Positions 1 to 11,370 of a DNA stretch of 64,000 nucleotides are shown here, piece by piece (the stretch's first letter is position 1; each line of letters opens with the position of its first letter). The stretch comes from Callorhinchus milii (taxonomy: Eukaryota): contig NW_024704742.1 of assembly GCF_018977255.1 (NCBI RefSeq), forward strand, positions 112,532,001 to 112,596,000, in the 5' to 3' direction. The notes below the pieces were generated by a model. It searched no databases. It was not told the DNA's origin and saw only the letters and a list, made by a program, of their open reading frames with translations. The position numbers and the translations under genes are program-made.

Positions 1-155
1 TTGAAGGTGGCAAGGGAGGGGATGAGGTGGAGGGACTGTGGGATGGAGTTCCAGAGTGTAGGGGCAGAGTGGAGGAACACCCACCCATCAATAGTGGGGC
101 GAGCGAGGCGGGGACGTGAAGCAGGCCAGAGCCCGCTGAGTGGAGAGAATGAGCA
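1..155 (-). mobile_element. L2 LINE ORF2 C-terminal fragment, cut by window start
   Basis: ggatggagttccagagtg...gggggcagag matches the other minus-strand L2 copies (PTLWNSIP motif). Confidence 0.8.
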
Positions 156-1074
156 TTAAAAATGTAGGTTGGCACTTAAAATCTCTTTAAGAATTATGCA
201 AAAATATCTTTCAAATCAAGACTCAATTTAAGAGTTTTCTGCACAATCTTAAGTTTTGAGACAATGAACTTAAACCTAAGGCAACGAGAAATTTCTGAAT
301 CACAGTTCAAGCAGTAGCCAAAGTAAATTAAAAGGAAACACATCACACACACGACAAGTAATGACACGGATCATTACATTATAATCCAAGTGATTTTTTC
401 TGTTCAGGTCTCCGCTGAGATTTACGACTCTTCCAGGGCCCTGTCTCTCTCTGACATGAAGCTCATTTCTTTAAATGTTCTATTTCCCTCAGTAATACCT
501 CATTTGCATTTGTGAGAAGGGAAAAAAGACTTGAACACTTTCTGGATGAGTTCACATGCAACCTTGGCAATTATTAACAGTATGTGTTTGATTGACTGGG
601 AAACATCTGCACTGTCCAATGTAGATGAGCACAAGGCAAAAAATAAAGATGTTAATACAAGGTGTAAAACACAATTTTGAGAAAAAGTGGTGCGAAAAGA
701 CCATTTTCTGACCGTAAGTAAATTTAGAGACCTGGCTGGGTGGTGGTTCCCATAGTCTCACCCATAGGATCACTCTGTTCAAATTAAAATTGAACATTGC
801 ACAGAATTTTTAAAAATGTTAGCTTCAATCTTATTTTGGAAGCTATTTTTCATGGGCTTCCAAATCACGATTGAATTTAAGAATTTTAAAAAATTTTGCT
901 CCATCTTAAATTTTAAAGCAAAGTCATATTTTTAAAGTGTTTCCAAACCAGACAGTGTTCCACATATGTATGCCATCTATGTACAACAACAACAATGACA
1001 TTACATTTATTGAAATTTTCCCATGTCTGGAATGGAATGTACACTCTCTCCCTGAAGGGACACACCTTGTTTAC

Positions 1075-1288
1075 CTGAATCTGGAGTATTGGATGCAGGT
1101 TGGTAAGAACTAAGGCTTGGGGACCTTGGTTCTTGGGGAGAGGGTGTTACTGAGAATAGGCTTTTTCTTGAGTTTAACCAGTTAAAACCACCTAGGTTGC
1201 CATTGCGAGCACTTTCTGGCAAGAATCTATTGTCAGCAATGCCCTGGAGTGGTATGCACACCACATAATCTTGGCTTAATTCTGGCAT
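1075..1288 (-). CDS. Probable first coding segment (71 codons + 1 nt, phase-1 donor) of an unidentified minus-strand gene: MPELSQDYVVCIPLQGIADNRFLPESARNGNLGGFNWLNSRKSLFSVTPSPQEPRSPSLSSYQPASNTPDS
   Basis: ATG at 1288-1286 with A at -3 and an in-frame TGA upstream near 1350. The frame is open to donor CAG|GTAAAC at 1075/1074. Non-repetitive sequence encoding a Ser/Pro-rich peptide. Gene not recognised. Confidence 0.55.
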
Positions 1289-1516
1289 TCTGTGACCAAG
1301 CACATCACCTTGAAGTGAGCTCAGATCCCAGATCACATGATAGTATGGTCACAAACCAGATTATGCCTTCCAGCATCTGTCATCCCAAGCCTCAGAATTT
1401 TCTTATCAGCTATTCAATGGACGTCTGCTTTAGCATGGTAGAAGGGCTGTATCGACAAAACAGCTTGTGAGATGCCAGCCACTTTGATGTTCTAGAGGTC
1501 CACATCTAGTCCACAT
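1075..1516 (-). other. Candidate 442-nt exon (5' UTR plus start of CDS)
   Basis: Long polypyrimidine tract ...tctctttaccctctccccctcacccattcccag|ATG at the acceptor (1517/1516) and a GT donor at 1074. Confidence 0.6.
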
Positions 1517-3974
1517 CTGGGAATGGGTGAGGGGGAGAGGGTAAAGAGAAAAAAACACCAGCTATAGAACACAATTCTACAACATGCAATCAAATTCTCC
1601 TATACCCACAATCTTTTGGATGGATTTCATCCACCATTAGTGTTCATTGAGACCCACTTCCAATGTAAGTGCATTTGACCATGTTCCATAACTAATCAAA
1701 TGTGCAGCTTTACAAAATTAAATGGATCTGGCACCAGTGCTTGGCTGAATTAATATTCATTCTGCTGAAATTCACTGCAATGTTAAACCTATATAACATT
1801 TTATGAACCAGTGCAAATACTAATTGCAATTTTATGCCTAGGCAGATATTTTTCACTTGCCAATAAGTCAGCATTAAAATTTCTATTGGGTGGAATATCA
1901 CGTCTATACTTCTCCTGATGGTAGGATAATGAATGTCAATGTTACCTTTATTCTTTGTAAATGCTAAATATTGATGGAGTAGTGTATCTGTATCCAGCTT
2001 AAGCACAACATTTTAATGGTTTGATTTCACTCGCATAGATTTTTCATATGAAATTCCCAACTGAGCTGTCTCAGTGGAGTTCTCTTCAAGCCATGATATA
2101 GCCAGACATGTCATGGATCTGTGAAACATTTAAAACCACCCAACTTATCACAAGGCAACAAGGAAAACACGCCTGTTAGGGAAAAAGTTACTCATAAATG
2201 AATGAAGGATGGGAAAATTTGCCAGAATAACTTTTGGTACAATGGGAATTATAACTGAGTTGCTGAACTCAATACTGAAAGAATAATATTTTCACCAGAA
2301 TGGAGGTAAACATTTTTTACTCCAGAGAATCATTTAGATAATTTGTCAATGTCTCTTATTCAATTTTTTCACTTGTGACATGAAAACGTTTTGAACTATG
2401 TACATGATGGATGTATATTTTTAATAAAGTCAATAAAAACTGTTTTAATTTATTTATACAATAATAATCCTTGTATTTGATATAAAGCTTTTCACATCTT
2501 CAAGATAATAATAATAATAATCCTTGCATTTGATAAAGTGCTTTTCACGTCTTCTAGACATCCCAAAGTGCTTCGCAGAATATACTGTAAAGTGAATTGA
2601 CTGTATATTTATGGGACAACGAACATTTCGACACATTATTGACACATCCTACATGAAAGTGCTTCATAAATGCAAGTTATTGTTGAATTAATGTTGCATT
2701 AACTCAACAGAACTTGCACTTATGAGTTAAGTTGTCTGGCAGGGAATTTCACAATTTTGGCAGCGATTTGTTGCCAAATGCAAATAAACCAGGGATGTAG
2801 TTAGTGATACTGTGACTAACAGTAACAGTGTGATTTGGACCCTATGCAGTACAAATGTGACAGATGGGAAATGCAATGAGTTCACAAATTTGTTTTGTAT
2901 TGAAAGCTCTCTGGTGGTCCATTAAAAAGCTCAGCAACTTATGAAGATCACTTTTTAATCTTATCAAACAGTTGGAATTGCTCTTCAATAAATATTGAAA
3001 AGAAGCACGCAATTTTATATTCTGCCCAAGTGAAAAACTACAAAACATTGGAATTTTCTGTTTTACTAATCTCCAATGTGCTGCAGAGTGACAAATATAA
3101 ATATAAATCAGGCATCACTGCACTCCCAATGTTATAAACACAGTGTAAGAAATATTCGCTGTGTTTTTGTTTCTAAACCCACCATAAAATAAATTAGACT
3201 CTGTGCTAAATTTTGTCCTGCTTATAAAAGCAGAATTATAATTACAGTAATTTAAAATAAAGAATATTCCTAATCCTGTTTAAAACTCTGTGGTGATGAA
3301 TCCAATATACAAATTAGAGTTGGTTGGGAGTAACTATTTGGTTCATACATAGAAGCCTGATTTCAGCCAGTGTATCCAGGCCTCCGAATGCCAGTGGGAA
3401 TTCCTGCGGTTTCTGAAGCAGCAATAACTGCATCTAACCTTGAAGTGTAAAACATGCTGTTCTGTGTGTTTACCTCAACAGATTAGACCTTCTTTTGATT
3501 CAGGCTGACCTTAGGCGCAGCTTCGGAGGGAGGGGGAAGGAACTCGTACCCACATACCAGTTGATTTCTTGTTGAATTGGAATTTTCGTTGCTGAGTTAA
3601 TGAGCACATCACACGGAAACAGCCTATTTATGCTCACCATATCAAACCCTTTATAATTGTAAACACCTCTATTAGATCCCCTCTTAAATGCCTTTTCTCT
3701 AGCAAAAAAAATCTTGTTCTTAAATGCATGTCTTGGCTTCTGTAACATAGAAGCATGAAACACCAAATATAACCATAAAATCATGGCTGTTTGTGGACAT
3801 TGCTGTGTGCAAATTAGCTTCTGTATTCACCCATAAACCAGTCACTAGACTATACACTATATTCTGTAAAGTGCTTAGAGGTGTCTTCCTAACGTGAAAG
3901 GCGCAATACCAAATGGAAGGATTATTACTATTATTAAAAATAAAATTTGCTTTGTAAACCATGATTGAGATTTG

Positions 3975-4100
3975 CCATAGATTAACAAAGATGCTGAGTT
4001 CGAGGTAATTGAATTCACTGAGGACGCTAAGCTACAGGGGGCTGTGGAATCAGAGTAGGCAGCCAAGCTATTACAAAGAAAGCTCAACTCAGTGTTGGTA
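3975..4100 (+). mobile_element. Very old CR1 RT fragment
   Basis: Translates INKDAEFEVIEFTEDAKLQGAVESE*AAKLLQRKL, a degenerate form of the CR1 YINDLD...KFADDTKLG..V.SEE...LQ.DL region. Confidence 0.5.
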
Positions 4101-4634
4101 CTCTGAAAGGATGAGATCATTCAGACTGAAGGATCTATTTCATCCCAGCCCTTCTGATCTGAAGATAAATTTGTTGTTGTTGATGACAAATTAACTGACC
4201 AGTAGAAAATCATGGTTCATGTCTGTATTAAATGTTACTCTATTGACTTTATGGTTGTTATTTAAAATAGTTTCCCCTACTTTTAGGGGACATTGAAACA
4301 CACATGAACATGTGATTTCATAATATTAACATTTTGCTTTGCTTCTGTGTATGTATTTCCATTCGGGCATGTAAACTTTCGCCTACAAAATACACAGTCA
4401 CTACCCTTTATTGTAAATCCCACAGTCACTACACTTTACAGTAAATCCCATGAAGCGCTTTGAGACAACCTTCTGACATGAAACACACAATATCAAATGC
4501 AAAGATTTACAATAATAAACAAAAATGTTGTTAAAATTTGATGGAAGAGTCATTTGGAGAACTAATCTGCAGTAGATGCAGACTGTTAAATAAGCACTGA
4601 CATTTGTAGATAATTGGAAGCAGTTCTGGGATTT

Positions 4635-4789
4635 CAACAACAACAACATTACATTTATAGAGCGCCTTTCACGTTGGGAGGATGTTCCAAAGCGCTGATT
4701 TCAGAGTCCGTAACTCTGTCTGTCCAGTGCCTTGGGACGTCCTCCTGACTTGAAAGGCGCTAGACAAATGAAATTTTGTTGTTGTTGTT
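4635..4789. repeat. Inverted pair of L2 3' tails
   Basis: Minus-oriented tail 4635-4697 and plus-oriented tail 4725-4789, both with (GTT)n ends and the gcgcc...ggcgc stem-loop. Confidence 0.8.
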
Positions 4790-5207
4790 CTGCTCAGGAA
4801 GTCTGCTCTTTTCAGCCTATTTTTCTGCATGTACAGACTAAACATTATGGTTTTCATTTGATTCACTAGAACTGCAACTACCTACCACTGCCTTTGGAAA
4901 ACACACACAGTGGTACTGTTTGTCCTTACGTTCTGTCGACAAAACAAACAGCATCTGTGTCTCTTTGTAAGCTGCAATCATTCAATACTGGAGATAGAAC
5001 AAAATCAGCATTATGATACTGTCTATTACAGCTGAAAACAAACATTTAAATAGTTACAGTGTATGCTATTAACTCTTCAGAGTCTGTAACATAATTAAAT
5101 TCCCAGGCACCTAATCACGATTTATATTCTTAATATTTAGTGCAGTATTGGACAATTCAGCAGAATATTTTACCTCCTTTAATGGATTGTCGGTACAAAG
5201 TGTGCTT

Positions 5208-5500
5208 CATAGGAATACAGGAACAGGAATAGACCATTCAGCCCCTCAAGCATGTTCCACCATTCTATTAGATCATGGCTGATGTGTACCTCGACTCCAA
5301 TTACCTGTTTTTGCCCTAAATTCCTTGTTACTAGTCCCTAACAAACATCTATCCACCTCAGTCTTGAAAATTTGAATGGATCCAGTAGTATCCACAGTCT
5401 TTTGGGGGAGAGAGTTCAGGATTTCTACTATCCTTTGTGTGAAAAAATGCCTCCTGATTTCACTCCTAAATGGCCAAGCTCTAATTTTAAGATTATGCCC
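5208..5500 (-). mobile_element. CR1-clade LINE 3' end, second family
   Basis: cataggaatacaggaacaggaatagaccattcagcccctc tail followed by CR1 3' sequence (gtgaaaaaatgcctcctgatttc); related to 53881-54280. Confidence 0.65.
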
Positions 5501-7346
5501 CGTGATTTTTATTTAGAGGAATTAGCTGTAGCAATTTGAAATCACTTTCTGTCTACTGTTGATTGTGAAGAGAGCATTTACCTACAAAACACACAGTCAC
5601 TACACTTTGCAGTAAAATTCTGTGAAGTACTTTGAGACATCTCAACGATGTGATATGCCACTCTATCAAATGCAAGGATTATAATAACTTGCATTTTTAC
5701 AGCACCTCATGATATCAAAACATCTCAAAGTGCTTCACAAGTAATTATTGTCAAGTATAGTGATTGTTTTTTTTAGGGAAATGTGGCAACAATTTCACAC
5801 AAACAGCAATGAGATGAACAAATCATTTATCTGGAGGATTGGTGGCTAGGACATTAGGAGACACTCTCTTCCCTGTGTATTAAAGGATTTTTACCATCCA
5901 GCTATACAGGCAGACAGATTTGATTCTCAACGATCCAAAGGATGGAAAGGGTACAACAAAGAAATGTCAGGTCAACTGCAGAATAGGCTGTAGCAGAGTG
6001 GCTGAGATTGTGATGTTGCAGGGAGCATAAAGTGAAAAGTTGAGATTTTTTTGTGCGTATTTCCATTCCCTTTTGTAGATTCTTGGCAGTTTCTTAAAGG
6101 TAACGCTTCAGGCAATTTTACGTCAGTAAGCAAACTCGTGAATTTTTTTTGGTGAGACCTACTTAAATAAAATCATGTGGGCAGTCTGAGTGAGACTGGT
6201 TTATTTATATGCACCTCCACAGTTGTAGTTATTTAATTTTTATTTTCGCACATAAATAATGCACTCATTTATTCAGCTCGTGATTTGATTTGCAAGATTG
6301 ATTTCCCAAATACTCCTCAGTATTCAGTCTCTCTCTGAAGCTCTTTATTGCAATAATTTGTCAATGGCTAGCTTAAAATTCTAGCTCACTGACACTGTAA
6401 ATATGACAAAACTCTAAATATGTTTTGATCTCATGGCCTTCCTGAAAAAGGAATGTGCGAGTTTTTCATTTGGCAAGTCAGGAAATAAATCACAGAAAGG
6501 AGGATTTAACAGCGAAAGCAAATGAGGCTGAGTCATAGGAATATGAGGAGGCCTTTTAGCCCATTGAACCCGTTCAGGCAGTTTATTAGTTTATTAACTC
6601 CTTTGGTTAATATCTGGGTGCATATCTAATTAGAAGCTATAAAGATAGCTATATACTGAATGATTAAATAGTGATAGGAAATGGTGGTTCATGTAATACT
6701 GGGTGGGGCCATTGCCACCAGTGATAATTATCACATCTCATTTTCCTCTCAATAAGGAATCTGTTGCCATATTCCATCGTTAAATCAGGAAATTAGAACT
6801 AGATGATGTTCATAACTGTACCACAAAATAAACAGAGAGCTAACAGTGCAATAGACAATCATGGGAATCCATAAAGACAAAGGGATCCAAAAAGGGAGAT
6901 TAAGAAGGCTAAAATTGGTGACAACAGCAACATCTTGCATTTATATAATGATCCACATGCAGGGTAGCATCCCAAAATACTTGTGCCAATATTTCTAACT
7001 AGAATAATGTTGAGTTCTGCAGTTAGAGCACTCACCTCGCAAGCAAGAGGACCCAGGTTGGATTCCTGGGTGAGCAAATGCAAAGATTATTATTATTATT
7101 AAATAGAGTAATGCCGTGACTCTCAGTGATCCTTTGAGTAGTTGTTTGGCTATTGATTACTTACCTCTTGAACTCCCTACCCCCAACCCTTCTCCTCGTC
7201 CCTTCTTTGTCCCTCTTCAGATCGCATCTAAAGAATTTCCTCTTCGACCTTGCTAACAGTCGCGCCTCTTCTCTGCCCAGCTCGGGGTCAAACTATGCCA
7301 ATGTCAAATTCTTTGAGATGGCACCCCATGTGAGGGGCACGATATA

Positions 7347-7675
7347 AATAATATAATAATAATAATAATAATCCTTGCATTTGATATAGCGCTTTTCACG
7401 TCGGGAGGACATCCCAAAGCGCTTCACAGAATATACTGTAAAATGAATTGACTGTATATTTGTGGGCGAACGCGGCAGCCAATTGCGCACAGCAATGTCC
7501 CACAAACAGTCGTAGATTGAAAATGACCAATTTAATTATTGTTTTTTTTTTGTAGGGATTATTATTAGGCGTGTGGAGTAAGGAAACTTGCCCAAGGTTT
7601 CGCCCTGCCTGGAATTGAACTCAGGTCTCTCACTTGCAAAGCGAGTGCTCTAACCACTGAGCTACAGGACTCCAC
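7347..7675 (-). mobile_element. tRNA-derived SINE, family A, short (internally deleted) young subfamily
   Basis: Head GGAGTCCTGTAGCTCAGTGGTTAGAGC (A box) ... GAGTTCAATTCC (B box), Deu-like 3' segment, L2-like stem-loop and (ATT)n tail. Nearly identical to 14307-14634. Confidence 0.92.
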
Positions 7676-8759
7676 AACACAAATGCAAATTGTTTGTGTT
7701 TTTATTTGTTGGCTAATCCTGGGTTATCCCTGGCCTAGACTCACTAGGCAGATCTAAGTAAGAGAAAATAATTCATATTACAGGGGCACTGGAGGAGACA
7801 GATTAAGCTTGGACAATGTGGACCTGAGCCATTGTCGGGATGGTCTTATCAGCAGTGGCTAGCACAAGATCAGAGAAGGCTGTTGTCCAGGTAAATATCT
7901 GTCTTCTGCAGTTGACCTTTCCTCTCTTTTCATGTGCTTAAAATCCTGCAGTGCCATTAATGATGAGCAATAGAATGGCTCTCTTTATTGCCAACAAGAA
8001 ACTGCATGTAATACAAGGTCTATTAAGAAATGAATCAAAGGGGACAGAATCTGAACTACTTGTCTGAACATTTCTGCTATATTGGAAGGGAATTAAAGAG
8101 ACCAACAACACAGTTTGACATACACATTATAAGTCGCAAATCTAAAACCTCTATCAGTTATTTCACATATGATTGAAAATAACTATACAATTAGATGAGT
8201 CTTCTGCAATTTCACAGCTTGACTCAAGAAGCACCTATGACTTACCCTCAGACATTTCTCACTGTACAGAACTGAACAGAAAGGAGTCTGTTGCTTACAT
8301 TGATGTCAAGGCCTCATCATGAACCAGCCCAATATTTTGACAAATCATTTATTGTGTACACATACTGTACTGACTTAAGATAAGCAAATAACTTAGACTC
8401 GATTCCCTACCCTGAGGTTTTTATTTGATATGGTACCTTCTACATTTTTAACTGGTTCCTTCATCCCATAACCACCTGCCCCAGATCACTTGTGTAGGAT
8501 TACAATAACATTACTAAAATGAGACAACATGTGAAACCATTGTGTGATATGATTTTGCCTGTCAATCACTGCACAATATTAAGGATTAAGATTAAAAGTT
8601 AATTGCAGAAACTCTAAATCATAAAACTGCACCATTCTGTTCTTACTCTTCCTCCTGTGTTCCTATTCTTTCATTAGTATTGAAAATTCTATTGAATAAT
8701 TAAATTGATTGGGATCATTACCTTTGTCAACAAAGCAGGGGAATAGAGGTGTTAATACA

Positions 8760-8980
8760 ACCCCCCTTTGTTTTGCAACATTAACACTTCTTTAACCCAT
8801 CATCTCCTGTCCTCTTTAGCCCTTAAATGTCTTTCCCTCCCAACATGCCCCAGTTCTGACAAAGAGTCATGGGCCCGAAACATTGACTCACTTTCCTTTC
8901 TCCACAGATGCTGCTGAGTGTTCCCGGCGACTTCTGTTTTTGTTTTCAGATTTCTAGCATCTGCAGTATTTTACGTTTTG
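8760..8980 (+). mobile_element. Penelope-like element terminal (pLTR) fragment with degenerate hammerhead motif at 8851-8888
   Basis: cagtt-CTGACAA-agagtcatgggccc-GAAA-cattgact followed by tccacagatgctg...cagatttctagcatctgcagtatttt; homologous to 39341-39587. Confidence 0.7.
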
Positions 8981-8994
8981 TTCATCTTTTTATT

Positions 8995-9243
8995 CATCCT
9001 GCTTGGTTCTCGGCAGCGCCTCCTCTGCTCAGCCGCTGACACTATCAGCATTTATGGCTGCACCCTTCACCTCACCGAGTCAATCCGAAACGTTGGTGTC
9101 CTTTTCGACCCTCAGCTGTCCTTCAAACCCCACAATTGTGCCATGAACTATTCCGCCTTTCCCCCACCTCCACAACATTGCCCACCACCGCAGACCGCCG
9201 AGACCCAGATCCACACTTTCATTATGTTCCGGCTTGACTACAA
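8995..9243 (+). mobile_element. L2 LINE RT fragment, 5' part of a host copy that resumes at about 10803
   Basis: Encodes LLGSRQRL...IRNVGVLFDPQLSFKPH...IHTFIMFRLDY. Confidence 0.8.
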
Positions 9244-9806
9244 CAACAACAAGATTGCATTTATAGAGTGCCTTTCACTTCGGGAGGACGTCCCAAGGCT
9301 CTGGGCAGTTAGGTCGGGACCCGAGCAGGGGGGAAATGGTCAGGGTGAGGGGAGGGAAGGGAGGGAGCGAGGAGGGGGTAGAGAGTCGAGAGGGGAAGTG
9401 AAGGCATGGTTGAAGAGAAAGCTTTTGAGACCGGCCTTGAAGGAGGAAAGGGAGGAAGCGGCGAAGGCACTGGGGGGGATGGAGTTCCAGAGCCTAGGGG
9501 CTGAGAGGCTGAAAGCCCGACCACCGATGGTAGGGCGGTTAGGGTGGGGGATGTGGAGCAGACTGGAGCCAGAGGAATGGAGGGTATGGGCAGATAAGTA
9601 GGGGGATAGTAGGTCAGAGAGGTAGGAGGGAGCAAGGCCGTGAATGGCCTTGTAGTTGAGGATGAGGATCTTGAATTTGATCCTCTGGGGGATGGGGAGC
9701 CAGTGGAGGTGAGCGAGGGTGGGAGTGATGTGGTCGAGAAGCCTGGTGCGGGACAGTACATGAGCTGCAGAGTTCTGAATGACCTGCAGCTTGTGGAGGG
9801 AGGTGC
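9241..9806 (-). mobile_element. L2 LINE 3' portion (young, 5'-truncated)
   Basis: ORF 9340-9852 LHKLQVIQNSAAHVLSRT...HITPTLAHLHWLPIPQRIKFKIL...GGRAFSLSAPRLWNSIP is typical L2 ORF2 C-terminus; (GTT)n tail. Confidence 0.93.
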
Positions 9807-9843
9807 AGTGTAGGCCGACTAAGCCAACTGCCTGCTCACTGGA

Positions 9844-10808
9844 CAACAACACAACAAAATTACATTTATAGAGTGCCTTTCACGTCAGGAGGACGTCCCA
9901 AAGCACTGAACAGTCAGCTGTTGGTGCCTAAGCATGGGGGTGGGTGGTGTAGGGGTGAGGGAAGGCAGAGAGGTGGGAGGAAGACCAAAGGCACGGTTGA
10001 AGAGAAGGGTCTTGAGACCGGCCTTGAAGGAGGCAAGGAAGGAAGCAAGGCGAAGGGACCGTGGGATGGAGTTCCAGAGTGTGGGGGCAGAGACTGAAAC
10101 CCCGTCCACTGATGGTAGGGCGGGTCGGGCAGAAGACATGAAGCGGCCCAGAGCCCGCTGAATGGAGAGAGTGGGCAGGTCAGGGAGGTAGGAGGGGGCA
10201 AGGCCATGGATGACCTTAAAGGTGAGGATGAGGATCTTGAACTCGATCCTCTGGGGGATGGGGAGCCAATGGAGTCGGGCGAGGGTGGGAGTGATGGGGT
10301 CGCGGAGCGTGGTGCCTGAGAGTGCACGAGCTGCAGAGTTTTGGATGATCTGAAGCTTGTGAAGGCAAAAGTTGGGAGGCCGATGAGGAGGGAGGTAGGC
10401 AGTGCTGGTCATGTCGCGGATGTGGGGGAAAAAGGACAATTCAGGGTCAAACAAGACACCCAGGTTCCTGACTGGCTTAGTGAGGTTGAGTGTGCAACCG
10501 TGGAGGCTGATGCTGTCAGCGCCCGATATGCGGAGGCGCTGGCGCGAGCCAATCAGGGGGCCTCAGTCTTGCTGACGTTGAGTTGGAGAAAGTTGTCCCT
10601 CATCCAAGACTTGATGTTGGACAGGCAGTCGGTCAGGATGCCATTAGTCCTGGAGTCGAGGGTGGAGGCAGAGAGGTAGAGTTGGGTGTCATCCTCATGC
10701 GTGTAGACATTTACCCCATGGGTGCGGATGATGTCACCAAGGGGGAGCATGTAGAGGGTGACGAGGAGGGGGCCGAGGAACGCCGTACGAGTCCGTGTGG
10801 GGGCTGGA
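9844..10808 (-). mobile_element. L2 LINE 3' portion including degenerate RT core
   Basis: ORFs 10553-10831 ([17 protein letters not shown]...EDDTQLYL...LQLNVSKTE) and 9885-10454; tail at about 9844. Confidence 0.92.
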
Positions 10809-11370
10809 CTTCCCAACTCTTCGTTCCACAAGCTGCAGATTATTCAGACCTCTGCAGCTTGTGTCCTCTCCGCACCAGGCTCTGGGAATCTATCATTTGT
10901 TTTTGCCTGGCTTCACTGGCTCCCCATTCTTCAGAGAATCAAGTACAAAACCTTTGTTCTTATCTTGAAGGCCCTCCACGTCTTGCTCCCACCAGCTCTC
11001 TAACCCCATAACACCATATCCGCCTGACCACTCCCTCCACTCAGCAGACACCAGCTTGCTTCAGGTCCCCCGCACTTCCCGTCCCACCGTTGCCGATCAG
11101 GCATTCAGCATCTCTGCCCCCACACTCTGGAACTTTATCCCACAATCCTTCACCTCACCCCCTTTCTTGCCTCCTTCAAGTCTCGTTTGAAGACCTTCCT
11201 CTTGGACTTAGCCTTCGGACACCCTCCCACCCCCTCACTCCCACCCCTCCCCCAACCCTCTCCTCTTCTGACCACAAATCCCAGCTCGGGTCCAAACCCC
11301 AGATTGTCCAGCGCCCTGGGATGTCTTTCTGACATGAATGGCACTATACAAGTGTAGTTGCTGTTGTTGA
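10803..11370 (+). mobile_element. L2 LINE 3' portion, continuation of 8995-9243
   Basis: [19 protein letters not shown]...LHWLPILQRIKYK, 3' UTR and gttgctgttgttg tail. Confidence 0.88.

Noticed and set aside
8918..9601. 227-aa plus-strand ORF
   Set aside because: Chimeric read-through of a Penelope end, an L2 fragment and antisense L2.
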